DNA from: Blastocatellia bacterium
GTDB taxonomy: Bacteria > Acidobacteriota > Blastocatellia > UBA7656
DNA: 64,000 nt
Direction of reading: 5' to 3'
NCBI GenBank assembly: GCA_035607285.1
Contig: DATNBZ010000239.1
Coordinates: 2,194 to 66,193, forward strand
Shown: piece by piece, positions 31,035 to 41,200 of the stretch
Position numbering within the stretch: the stretch's first letter is position 1
Layout: the number at the start of each line of letters is the position of its first letter
Position numbers and translations under genes: made by a program
The notes under the pieces: model-generated
What the model was told of the DNA's origin: nothing
Seen by the model: only the letters and a program-made list of their open reading frames with translations
Databases searched by the model: none

Positions 31035-34000
31035 CTATTGCCAGACGGGCCGAGATTGGGCGGGGGCCACCGCCGCATCCTCCGCAGCCGCCAGCAGCAA
31101 CTGATCGCCTGACCGCGTTACCTTGATTAAGGTAATGCCGCATACCGGGTTTGTAGCGCGGATGAAACGAGTCGCGCCGTTCGGGAAAAACGTTCCCAGG
31201 TCCTGTCCGCCTATTGACCCCTTGCTCAGGAATTTTCCTCCATTCTTCTTGATCCTGCCGGGTTTCGTAAAGGTGGCGAAGGTAGTGCCCGTCGCGTCTG
31301 TTGAGATCTCAACGACAAGCCCGTCCTTGAAGAGGACTTCCGTTCCGCCGGCCGGCGTCGTTGTGATCAGGAACAACTGGGTGTTGTTGTTGATGAACAT
31401 GCTCGACGTGTCAATCGTCGGCCCGGGTTCTCCGATGATGAAGTTCGCCGCACTCTTGCTTGAGGTCTGCACATTACTAAGACTGGTCGTGACTACCGCG
31501 ACCCTCGCGGTCTTCGTGCAGATGCTGGGCACGGTCCACACGAACTGTCGGATCCCTGGTCCGAGGGCCGGCTGCGTCGGATCACTGGGCGGCGCGATTT
31601 GGATTGGGAAGGTAGTTCCGCCGTCGGTCGAGAGCGAGATATCAAAGCCTTTGACTGAAGCGGCGACCGCCGTTGGCACGGTCCAGGTTATTGTGAACTG
31701 CTGACCGAACTTCAGAATCTCGCCGCCGTTTGGTGCTGTGATCGTAGCGCTCGTGCCGGCGTCAGTGATTGTGAAATTGGCATCGCTTTGATCCTGCCCC
31801 GTCGCTCCTTGATCATCTGTTGCGATTACCTGGATGCGTCCTTGCGTGGTGTTGAACCCGATTGGAACGGTCCAAGTTAACTTGCGCGAGGTGCCGGATG
31901 GGTTTGGCAGGATCGTCAAGCTGAAGTTTGAGCCTCCATCGGTTGAAAGCCGGACTTCGAATTTCTGAATCGTATTATCACCATTCAGATCCGAAGAGTC
32001 CCACTTGATGTCGAACTGCTGGCCGACCTGGAGGGTTTCACCGCCATTTGGCGCGGTGACGTGAACCGTCGGAGGCACATTGACCGGCGGCGGACTGGTC
32101 GTAGATGGTAGGACGTAAACAAGTCCCGCCTGTGTGCGAGTCCCTCCTGTCGTGACGGCATTGGCGAACGGCGCGCCGACCAGCAAGTCTCCGCCATGAT
32201 CGTTATTGACGTCGCCTGTCGCGATTGCCCATCCGATCTCATCGCCCTGGCCGACGCTCGGAAGGCCGCTTCCGTTAGAAGCAGTCTGGAACGTCGCGCC
32301 GTTATCGAGACTGGTCTCGATCTTTATGCTTGTTCCGGCGGCCGTAGTCTGAACCCACGATATCGCGGACGTGGTCGCGACGGTCGCCGCAGGGAAGGTA
32401 AATGTGCTGACTCGATTTCCGGTCAGGAAACGGCGGTCCGCGGGCGACACAATAGCAGCGCCGCCATTCAGCGTTCCATTATTTGCATTCACGGTCAGAT
32501 CGTTCGCCGTTCCGTTATTGAAATTCCAGTAAGCGCCGAGACCTGTCTCGGTGCCAAGCAACGTCAGCTTGAAATTGTCCGAGATCTGTTGAGCCGTCCG
32601 CGCAGTATTCCAGACGCGAATATCGTCGACGGTCCCATTGAGAAATCGAGTTCCTCCCGTTGCCTTGTCCGCTCCAACCAGGATCGGGTCCGCCTGATCG
32701 ACGGTCCCTGTCGGAAACGTAACGCTTCGCGAGGCGTCTTGCGCGCCGTTCTTGTAGAACACCACGTTGTTTCCCGCACGATCAAAGACAACCGCCCAGT
32801 GTTCCCATGTTCCAACCGAGGTCCCGTTTGCGCTTTGTGTGGTTGGCGCATCGAATCCGGTGGTTCCGTCGGCAAAGTGAGCAGACACTTTGAACGAGTT
32901 AGCCGAATCGAGTTCAATCGCCCAGCCTTTGTCGAGAGGAATAGACCACGCACGCGAACCTATCACTTGCGGGAAATCCCCTGTGCCCGCACCTGCTCTC
33001 TTAAGCCAAAACTCAACTGTCCAACTTCCAGAGCCCGGCTTAAGCGAGGCTGAGTTCCCCACGGACATGAAGCTCGTCGTGCCGTTCAACGATAGCGCTG
33101 GGTTCGAGGTGAGTTCCAGATCGCCGGCTGCAGTTGTGTCGCCTGGTATCGCTGTGTTTGCCGCGGTGACATTGGATGAACTAAGAGCCACGCCAAACTG
33201 AGCTTGTGTATCGTCGTTCACAACCGTAGAGCCATTGACGCTAATCATTAGCTGTTGCAGAAAAGGAGACACAGCTTGATCGGTAGTCGTGAGGGTTTGT
33301 CTGATTCTGAGAGTCTTGCCGGACAAATCGTTGCTGGTCGAACCTTGTCCCAGCACGCGAACGCTATCCTGGCCAAGTGCTACGTCGCGTTGCGACAACA
33401 GCAAAATGGTCGGCCCGCCGAAGATGACTGAGACGTAACCGGCCTTGTTGTTTCCGCCCGGAGCGCCGATGAGAAAGTCCGGAGTGTTATCGACGTTCTC
33501 CGCGATGTTGTAATTTCCGGCCGCGACCGTGGAACCGAAATGGTCCCCTGCTTGCGCGCCATATATGGTGATTATGTTGACAGTGGGATCGCCCGTGAAG
33601 AGATCGACTCTTCTTTCAGAACCGGAAGTTGGATTAAGACTCGTGCCGCCCTGGATGACGTAGGCCTCGCCTGCGCTCGCTCTAGTTTCGCCAAATGCGT
33701 CGGCATCCGGAGCCCCGATTAACAGGTCCGGTATACTGTCGCCGGTGACGTCGGAAACCGCAATCGAGAATCCGAAGTGGTCGGCGTCGCCCGTGCCGGG
33801 CGTATTCGTGTTCCCGGCCCCGTAGATCGATACGTTTTGTTGAGAGGTGCTGATGTCGAAGGTCTTCGATGTGCCGACAGCATTAAGGTTCGCGCCGCCG
33901 AATATCGCGAAGACAGCCCCGGTATCGGTTCCCGCAGGAACCGGTGGCGCCGCCGGCCGATCCGCCAGCGGGGCTCCAATAACAACGTCCGCAATTCCAC

Positions 34001-34976
34001 CGCCGTTTATGTCGCCGATCGCCACCGACGCGCCAAGCATGTCTCCCGTTCTCCCGAAGACAATCACGTTGGCGAGAGCGGTGGAAAGATCGCGAACGGT
34101 AGTCGCGCCGCCGACAGGATTGAGATACGAGCCACCGAACTGAACATAGGCTGCGCCGGCGCCGGGGCGTGAACTTCCCGTGGGCCCGTTGTTGCCGGGA
34201 GCGCCGGCGAGAATGTCTTTGGCAGCCTGGTCTGCCGGAGACTGCGAAGTAAGACCGCCGACGTCGCCGACCGCTACGCTCGCTCCAAACTGATCGCCGA
34301 TGTTGACGCCGTAAAGCGCGATGTTGGCAGCGTTCGCGGTGTTCAAATCGATGGTTTGAGGGGTGCCGAGAGCGGCTGCGCCGAGAATCACGAATACCGC
34401 TCCGGTGTCCGCTCGCGCCGGGGTTGGCGGCGCGGTCGTCCCGGGAAAGTCGGCGCCGGGGGCGCCGATAACTATGTCATTTGTGCCGTCGCCATTGACG
34501 TCGCCAATGGCGACTGAGAAGCCGAGCCTGTCCCCGGTCTTCCCGCCCAATATCTTCAGATCGGATTGCTCGCCAGTGTCGATCGCTCCCGTCAGTGTGC
34601 TTTTTCCGAAGACGATGTAAACGACTCCGGCGTTGGTTCTGGTTTGCGCTCCAACAGTGAAGGTCGCATCGGGGGAGGCCATCACGACATCCTGTATACC
34701 GTCGCCATTAACGTCGCCGACAGCGACCGCGTGAGCGCGAAGATTGGCCAGACTGACATCGAAGTTTGCGGGGTTGCCATTACCGCTTAAGTGACGGTCG
34801 CTGACTGCGCCCAGGAAAGTCGCGCTAGCTTCCGAGACGTTTATTAATCGTAACGTCTCAGGTTGAAATTGCGCGCTTGATGGGAAGATTATGGCGAAGG
34901 TTATGACGACGGTAAGGAATGCCACCAATAGCGCATTGCTGCGGCTCAGCCTCCGCATATGATCGTAGAACTTCAT
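31035..34976 (-). CDS. FG-GAP (integrin-alpha propeller) repeat protein with LamG and Ig-like domains
   Basis: Repeated GDVNGDG..D..IGAP; LamG WTVEFW...WEHWAVV...DDIRVWN; two PNGGE domains. Confidence 0.9.
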   Translation of the reverse strand: MKFYDHMRRLSRSNALLVAFLTVVITFAIIFPSSAQFQPETLRLINVSEASATFLGAVSDRHLSGNGNPANFDVSLANLRAHAVAVGDVNGDGIQDVVMASPDATFTVGAQTRTNAGVVYIVFGKSTLTGAIDTGEQSDLKILGGKTGDRLGFSVAIGDVNGDGTNDIVIGAPGADFPGTTAPPTPARADTGAVFVILGAAALGTPQTIDLNTANAANIALYGVNIGDQFGASVAVGDVGGLTSQSPADQAAKDILAGAPGNNGPTGSSRPGAGAAYVQFGGSYLNPVGGATTVRDLSTALANVIVFGRTGDMLGASVAIGDINGGGIADVVIGAPLADRPAAPPVPAGTDTGAVFAIFGGANLNAVGTSKTFDISTSQQNVSIYGAGNTNTPGTGDADHFGFSIAVSDVTGDSIPDLLIGAPDADAFGETRASAGEAYVIQGGTSLNPTSGSERRVDLFTGDPTVNIITIYGAQAGDHFGSTVAAGNYNIAENVDNTPDFLIGAPGGNNKAGYVSVIFGGPTILLLSQRDVALGQDSVRVLGQGSTSNDLSGKTLRIRQTLTTTDQAVSPFLQQLMISVNGSTVVNDDTQAQFGVALSSSNVTAANTAIPGDTTAAGDLELTSNPALSLNGTTSFMSVGNSASLKPGSGSWTVEFWLKRAGAGTGDFPQVIGSRAWSIPLDKGWAIELDSANSFKVSAHFADGTTGFDAPTTQSANGTSVGTWEHWAVVFDRAGNNVVFYKNGAQDASRSVTFPTGTVDQADPILVGADKATGGTRFLNGTVDDIRVWNTARTAQQISDNFKLTLLGTETGLGAYWNFNNGTANDLTVNANNGTLNGGAAIVSPADRRFLTGNRVSTFTFPAATVATTSAISWVQTTAAGTSIKIETSLDNGATFQTASNGSGLPSVGQGDEIGWAIATGDVNNDHGGDLLVGAPFANAVTTGGTRTQAGLVYVLPSTTSPPPVNVPPTVHVTAPNGGETLQVGQQFDIKWDSSDLNGDNTIQKFEVRLSTDGGSNFSLTILPNPSGTSRKLTWTVPIGFNTTQGRIQVIATDDQGATGQDQSDANFTITDAGTSATITAPNGGEILKFGQQFTITWTVPTAVAASVKGFDISLSTDGGTTFPIQIAPPSDPTQPALGPGIRQFVWTVPSICTKTARVAVVTTSLSNVQTSSKSAANFIIGEPGPTIDTSSMFINNNTQLFLITTTPAGGTEVLFKDGLVVEISTDATGTTFATFTKPGRIKKNGGKFLSKGSIGGQDLGTFFPNGATRFIRATNPVCGITLIKVTRSGDQLLLAAAEDAAVAPAQSRPVWQ

Positions 34977-35437
34977 TTGAATCTGCCTCCTCTAAGGTAA
35001 GTTGGTTCGCTTTTCTTCCCACTGAATGGTCTCGTTGAGAAAGACCAACAAGGACCTGCGCCCGCTGTGAATTAGATTATTTTCTTTGGCGCGCTCCATG
35101 TCGCGATTGAGCTTTAGGACCCTGGCTTGCTCGCGACTTAACATCTTCAGTCTATCACTGGGTCAGAAACCGGGCAATTGCAGCCCGATGAGATACGTGA
35201 GTGCTTCCATGAGCATTGCTCAAACCTGGTAGCAGTCCTGAGCCTTTAACGCAGTGAGATCGCCCTAGAGTGTTGATCTAGAGCAACTCATATTCCGTGT
35301 TATTTTGTTTTGAAACGGGCTTTCTTGCACCGAATGAAGGCCGCCAACAGCGAGTGTATACTAAGTTCGCCAACTAAGTACTCATTCGATACTCAATAGC
35401 CACTCGAAGTCTGATGAGTATTAGTGGACCGGGGATG

Positions 35438-35470
35438 GTACTTGACAATTTATCAAGTACAACGTATTAT
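35438..35470 (+). promoter_or_regulatory. Sigma-70 promoter overlapped by an operator palindrome
   Basis: TTGACA-17-TATTAT; GTACTTGA-N7-TCAAGTAC over the -35. Confidence 0.75.
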
Positions 35471-35560
35471 TCGATTTATAAAAATCAGGGAGAACGATCT
35501 CCTCCATAAAGAAAGGGACAATACGATGAACCGCAAACACGAAAGGAATAAGACGGCCCG

Positions 35561-35869
35561 ATGGACAAGAAGCCAAAGAAACTCACCGCCGCCGCGGCGA
35601 AGCAAAGACTCTTGTTGATATTGGAACATGGAAGAATTGCTTATACAGAGCATTGTGCAAATGTGAGAATGCCTCAGCGGAACGTCACACCGCTTGATGT
35701 TGAATTTCTCTTTGAGGACGGTACGGTAACAGATAACACGAAGTGGTCTGATGACTACCAAAACTGGCAATACCGCATTGAGGGAACTGATATTGAAGGC
35801 GAAGAATTGAAGGTCGTAACAATCATTATCGAAGAATACCTAATGGCTCGCGTCATAACGGTCTTTTGA
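35561..35869 (+). CDS. DUF4258-family putative toxin
   Basis: YTEHC..RM.QRNV...YRIEG...VITVF. Confidence 0.8.
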   Translation: MDKKPKKLTAAAAKQRLLLILEHGRIAYTEHCANVRMPQRNVTPLDVEFLFEDGTVTDNTKWSDDYQNWQYRIEGTDIEGEELKVVTIIIEEYLMARVITVF

Positions 35870-35877
35870 AAGGGGAA

Positions 35878-36390
35878 ATGAAAGAACTAGTAAAATGCGG
35901 AAAGTGTCGAGGGTCAATGGCCCTCCACATCGGACAACGCCATCGTTATAAAGAGTGTGGATTAGATAACGTCTATCTAGTGAATATCCAAACGCTCAAG
36001 TGTAAGGATTGTGGTGTCACGGAGATTGTCATTCCACGTCTGAAGCTATTGCACGCTACGTTAGCCAGGGCTATTGCCCTCTCACCTAACGTTCTATCCG
36101 GCACGGAAATTCGCTTTCTACGTAAGCAACTCAAGCTGAAGGCCAAGGAATTTGCAGTATTCCTGCACGTTGACGCGTCCACTCTCTCTAGATGGGAGAA
36201 TGGTGATCAAGAGCCTGGATCGCAATCTGATTCTCTTGTCAGGTATGTTTTCTTTCGGCTCTTTGAGGAACGCGAGGGGCATAAACAAGAAGGTCGAGTA
36301 GCCGAGCAAATCGCGTCCACTGGGTTTGCTCGAGAACGCCACGAAATATGTATTAACGTCGATAATCCCTCCGTATATTCCTATTCTTAG
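35878..36390 (+). CDS. MqsA-type zinc-finger/HTH antitoxin
   Basis: CGKC...CKDCG; EIRFLRKQL...STLSRWENG. Confidence 0.85.
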   Translation: MKELVKCGKCRGSMALHIGQRHRYKECGLDNVYLVNIQTLKCKDCGVTEIVIPRLKLLHATLARAIALSPNVLSGTEIRFLRKQLKLKAKEFAVFLHVDASTLSRWENGDQEPGSQSDSLVRYVFFRLFEEREGHKQEGRVAEQIASTGFARERHEICINVDNPSVYSYS

Positions 36391-36480
36391 ATCGCCAGCA
36401 ATTCGCGCAATGTCCGTAGGTGATTTGCGATTCCTGCTTCCATCGCAGGGGTAACCGCAAAGCTGACGTCTCATCCGGGG

Positions 36481-38256
36481 ATGGCAACCTTTGACCCGAG
36501 TTCACCCCGAACTGAAACAGAGAACCAAACGTTGGTTCGGCGTACTAGAAGAGAGAGGATAGTTCGATCGATGATTCGACAGTTGCCACATTTGAAACTT
36601 AAGCTGATTACTGCGTTGCTGGCGGTCTTGCACGCGGTCGGCGCTACCGGCGGGTGGGCGCTGCCGGCGCATCAACAACGTACAAGCGCGCAGGTTCGCG
36701 AGACACTGGGTGCGTTGCGCGAGCGGATCGCGGCACACATCGCTCAACCAAGATTCGCTCCCGCCGCGTGGGGCATAAAAATCGTTTCGCTCGATACTGG
36801 AAAAACGATCTTCGAGCACAACCCGCAGAAGTATTTCAATCCGGCATCAAACGCCAAGCTTTACACTGCCGCGCTGGCGCTCGAAAGGCTGGGGGCCGAT
36901 CATAGAATCAAAACCTCGCTCTATTCCACGGCAAGGCCTGGAGCCTCCGGCACACTCAAGGGAGATCTGATCGTGTACGGCCGAGGGGATCCAACGATGG
37001 CCGCGCGGCTGAACGGTGGTGATTATTTCAAAGGCATGGAGCCGTTGGTTACGCAGTTTGTGAATGCGGGAATCCGTCGCATCGAAGGAGACCTGATCGC
37101 CGACGAGAGCTACTTTGCGGGCCCGCCTTTTGGAGCGGGATGGGAATGGGATGACCTTCAAGCTTACTACGGCGCTGAAGTGTCGTCGCTTACCGTCAAC
37201 GACAACGCCGTGGATCTGTTTGTGAAACCGGCAGACAGGGCCGGCCTGCCGTGCCGCATCACCACCGGTCCGGCAACTTCATTCGTCACGTTGATGAATC
37301 GCACTCAGACGGCGGCGAAGGGGGCGGAATCGCGAATCGTTGTCTATCGGCCGGTCGGCGAAAACATCATCTACGTCTCCGGGCGGCTTTCGACCGATAG
37401 CACGGGATACTATGGCGCGATTGCTGTCCACAATCCGGCTGGTCTTTTCGTCAGCTTGTTGAAAGAGGCGCTCGACCGGCGCGGCATCTCGGTTACCGGG
37501 CGAACACGAGTGATCGATTGGAAGTATCGCGAGGTTACCCCGTTTGATTCCTCGAGGCTGATCGAATTGGGATCTGTGGAGTCGATGCCGCTCGGAGATA
37601 TTGTGCGCGAGACTCTGAAGCCTTCGCAGAATCTATGGGCGCAGTTGCTGCTGCTCCAGGTTGGGGAGAGATCCCGGTTCGGGGCATTGTTAGGAAGCGT
37701 GCCCGAGAACGTGGCTACTGACAGTTCACTGAAAGCCGCGCAGCTTCAGCCATCGGCTTCAAAGCCGGGCGAGCCGCGAGAGGGCACGAGTGAGGACCTG
37801 GGCGTCCGAGCGCTAAATGACTTCCTGAATGAAGTCGGCGTAAAAAAGGGTGACGTGCTGCTCGAAGAAGGATCTGGTCTTTCCCGTAGAGATGTCATCA
37901 CGCCTGAAGCGACAGTCGCACTCCTTGCCTATGCGAGCAAGAGCCGCTGGTCGGACGTTTATCGAAACGCTCTACCGATCGCAGGAATTGATGGGACGTT
38001 GCAGAATCGCATGAAAGGGACCGCCGCCGCCGGCAACGTGCGGGCAAAGACGGGAACGCTTCGTTATGTGTATACGCTCTCAGGCTACGTGACTACCGCG
38101 GCGGGCGAGCGCCTCGCGTTTTCGATCATGCTTAATAACTACAACGCGGAGCGTCCCGATGCTTCTTCTGTTTCGGATGCCGCTTCAACGGCGCCGCGAG
38201 ACGAAATGGATGCGATCGCAATTATGCTTGCGGGATTCACCGGACGAAGTCAGTAG
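36481..38256 (+). CDS. dacB: D-Ala-D-Ala carboxypeptidase/endopeptidase (PBP4)
   Basis: PASNAK, SQN and AKTGT motifs; start may be downstream. Confidence 0.92.
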   Translation: MATFDPSSPRTETENQTLVRRTRRERIVRSMIRQLPHLKLKLITALLAVLHAVGATGGWALPAHQQRTSAQVRETLGALRERIAAHIAQPRFAPAAWGIKIVSLDTGKTIFEHNPQKYFNPASNAKLYTAALALERLGADHRIKTSLYSTARPGASGTLKGDLIVYGRGDPTMAARLNGGDYFKGMEPLVTQFVNAGIRRIEGDLIADESYFAGPPFGAGWEWDDLQAYYGAEVSSLTVNDNAVDLFVKPADRAGLPCRITTGPATSFVTLMNRTQTAAKGAESRIVVYRPVGENIIYVSGRLSTDSTGYYGAIAVHNPAGLFVSLLKEALDRRGISVTGRTRVIDWKYREVTPFDSSRLIELGSVESMPLGDIVRETLKPSQNLWAQLLLLQVGERSRFGALLGSVPENVATDSSLKAAQLQPSASKPGEPREGTSEDLGVRALNDFLNEVGVKKGDVLLEEGSGLSRRDVITPEATVALLAYASKSRWSDVYRNALPIAGIDGTLQNRMKGTAAAGNVRAKTGTLRYVYTLSGYVTTAAGERLAFSIMLNNYNAERPDASSVSDAASTAPRDEMDAIAIMLAGFTGRSQ

Positions 38257-38262
38257 CCCTGC

Positions 38263-41200
38263 TCAAGGCGTAATAGTTATTCTCAGCAGCGACGATGTGA
38301 CCGTCGTCGGCGTCCCATCAGTGACAGTGACCGTGAAGGGGAATTGCCCCGTCGCCGTTGGTGTTCCTGAAATCACTCCAGTAGCCGGGTTCAAAACCAG
38401 CCCGGGCGGCAGCGGTCCGCTTCCTGCCGCCAACGCCCAGACATAGGGCGTCCTGCCCCCGCTTACGACAAGCTGATAGGAGTAGGCGACATTTATTCTG
38501 CCGTTCGTTAGGTCGCCGGTGCTGATGATGATCAACGGCGCCGGATCGACGATGATCCTTAGGGCTGTCGAGGTAGCCGTAAAGGGTGGATGTTGTGAAT
38601 CACTCAACCCGACGGTGAAGGTGAATGTTCCGTATTGGGTTGGCGTGCCCGAGATCACACCGGAATTCTGGTTCAACGATAGACCCGCGGGTAACGCGCC
38701 GCTCGCCAGTGCCCAGGTGTACGGCGCAAGGCCGCCCACTCCCGCCAGAGTGTAAAAATAACTCGTGCCGACGCCGCCTCTCGTAAGATCGCCGGTTGTT
38801 ACGACGATCAGTGGCCCGGGAACCACGGTTATTCGCAGCGGCTGAGACGTGACCGTCAGTTGAGTCGAGTCGGTTAATTGAACCGTGAAGTTATATGTAC
38901 CCACCAGTATTGGAGTTCCTGATATCACTCCGCTAACGGTATTAAGTGAGAGCCCGGGCGGTAGCAAGCCCGTTCCCATGCTCCAGATGCGCGGAGGATG
39001 CCCGCCGGTGAATAGCAACTGATGGGCGTAAGCGACACCGGTGCTCCCCTGCGTGAGGTCACCGCTGCTGATGATGCGCAAGGGCTCGACGTCGGGCAGG
39101 ACAATCAGCGTGTAACTGGCTATGGCCGTAGCGGCGGTTGAATCGGTCACGCGCACAACGAACGGGAAGTTTCCGTACACCGTCGGCGTCCCGGAAATAA
39201 GTCCAGCCGCATTGAGTGAGAGGCCGTTGGCCAGCGATCCGGAAATCAGCGTCCATGTGTAAGGCGGGTGGCCGTTCGCCGCTGCTAGTTGCTGGCTGTA
39301 GACGTCGCCCAGCTTGCCTCTCGCTATATCGGTCGTGACTATTGAAAACACCTGGTTCTGGAAGATTATCGTTCGCGTGCCGACTATCGTGGCATTGCCT
39401 GCCGCGTCTAGCAGCCTGATCGCCAACGTGTGCTCCCCAATCGTGAACTTGGTTGTGTCGATCGAGAAGCTGAACCCGGAGTGAGCGGCGTTCGGGAAGG
39501 CGCCCCACACGGCTCCGATATCGGGCCTGCTCAGGCCGTAGATCGCTTCTCCGACTTTCTGGTTGTCCAGCAGCACGTCTATTTGGGTCACCGCCACATT
39601 GTCCAGGGCCCAGCCGCTGCCGGTTGCGACGTTGCTCAACGTAGCTCGATAGTCGGGTGTCTCGAGCACGCCAAACGGCGCAAGCTTATCTGCGGGCTTG
39701 ATCGCAATTGCAAGGGTACGAGTGACGGACTGCGCGGCAGAGTCTGTAAGGCGCACTACGAAGACGCTTGTGCCCGGCGACGTTGGCGTTCCGGATATGA
39801 CGCCGCTGGCAGAGAGGTTTAATCCGTTTCCAAGACTTCCGCTCGCGATGCTCCACGTGTAGGGCGGCACGCCGCCGGTCGCTTGAAGCGTCTGAGTGTA
39901 TGGGCGCTCCGCGGTGGTATCCGGCAAAGATATCGTCTGAATCACCAGAGGAGGAGGCGGCTGGGCGATGACAAGAAGGAGCGACTTCGTACTTGTCGTA
40001 CCGAGAGTATCTTTCACCGAGACCACGAATGAGGTCGCGCCCGGGGTCGAAGGCCGGCCCGAGATCGCTCCAGCGGTGGTCATTGTCAGACCATCCGGCA
40101 AAACGCCGCTGTCTATTTTCCAGGTATAAGGGCCGATGCCGCCGGACGCTTCCAGCGCCGCGGTGTATGGAAGACCTTGCAGCGCCTGCGGCAGCGTGTC
40201 GGTCTTTATCGAAAGCGGAGGCGGAGGTGGTCCGACCTCCAGCGTTAAAGGTTTCGAGGCCTGTCTGTCACTCGCATCACTGACGAGAACGGTAAAGTTG
40301 GACACACCTTGTGTGGTCGGCGTGCCGGAGATTACTCCGTCGGATGAAAGCGACAGCCCCTCGGGAAGCGCTCCAAATTTCTTTTTCTTCTTCTTGACCC
40401 AGGCGTAAGGCGCCGTCCCGGCTGTTGCTTTGAGTTCATACCTGTAAGGCACACCGACCGCGGCGACTGGCAGCGCCCCCGGGCTCAAGACCGTGAGTTG
40501 CGGAGGTGGATTTATGTCGATCGAAAGAGAGACGGTAATTACCTGTCCGCTCTGGTCGGTCAGGCGAGCCTGAAACGCGATTTCACCTGGCGTGGTCGGT
40601 GTCCCCGAGATGACTCCCGTGTCGGAAAAGCTGAGTCCGTCAGGGACTCGTCCGGTCATGATGTCCCAGTGATAAGGCGGACTTCCGCCAGAGCCCTTCA
40701 GCGTTTGCGAGTAAGATTCGCCTACGACGCCATCCGGCAGCGACGTCGTGTCGACCGACAATACTATCGTTCCCGGATTGATCGTGACCGATAGCGTCGC
40801 TGTGACCGATGCGCCTACGGCATCAGTGAGCTTGAGAACGAAACTGGCAGTACCCGGCCGTCCGGGGGTGCCGGAAATGATTCCGGTTTGATTCAGAATC
40901 AAGCCGTCGGGAAGAGACCCGGATTGAATCGACCAGGTGTAGGGAGTTTGGCCGCCCGATGCGCCAATGCTCTGGCTGTAGGATGTGCCGACCGACCCGC
41001 GCGGCAACTGGCCGGCGGTGATGGTCAGCGGCGCCGCCGGTTTAACCAGGAGCGTCAGGGCCTTCGAAGCCGAATTGCCGTTGCCGTCAGTGACTCTTAC
41101 TACAAAGTTAAATGTACCCGCGGCGGTGGGCGTCCCCGTGATCGATCCGGTTTGAGCCAGCGAAAGACCGGAAGCCAGTGACCCGCTCTCGACGAGCCAG

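Noticed and set aside
40379-40396. Poly-Lys tract as a slippage or frameshift site
   Set aside because: Mixed AAG/AAA codons, and the reading frame continues normally.
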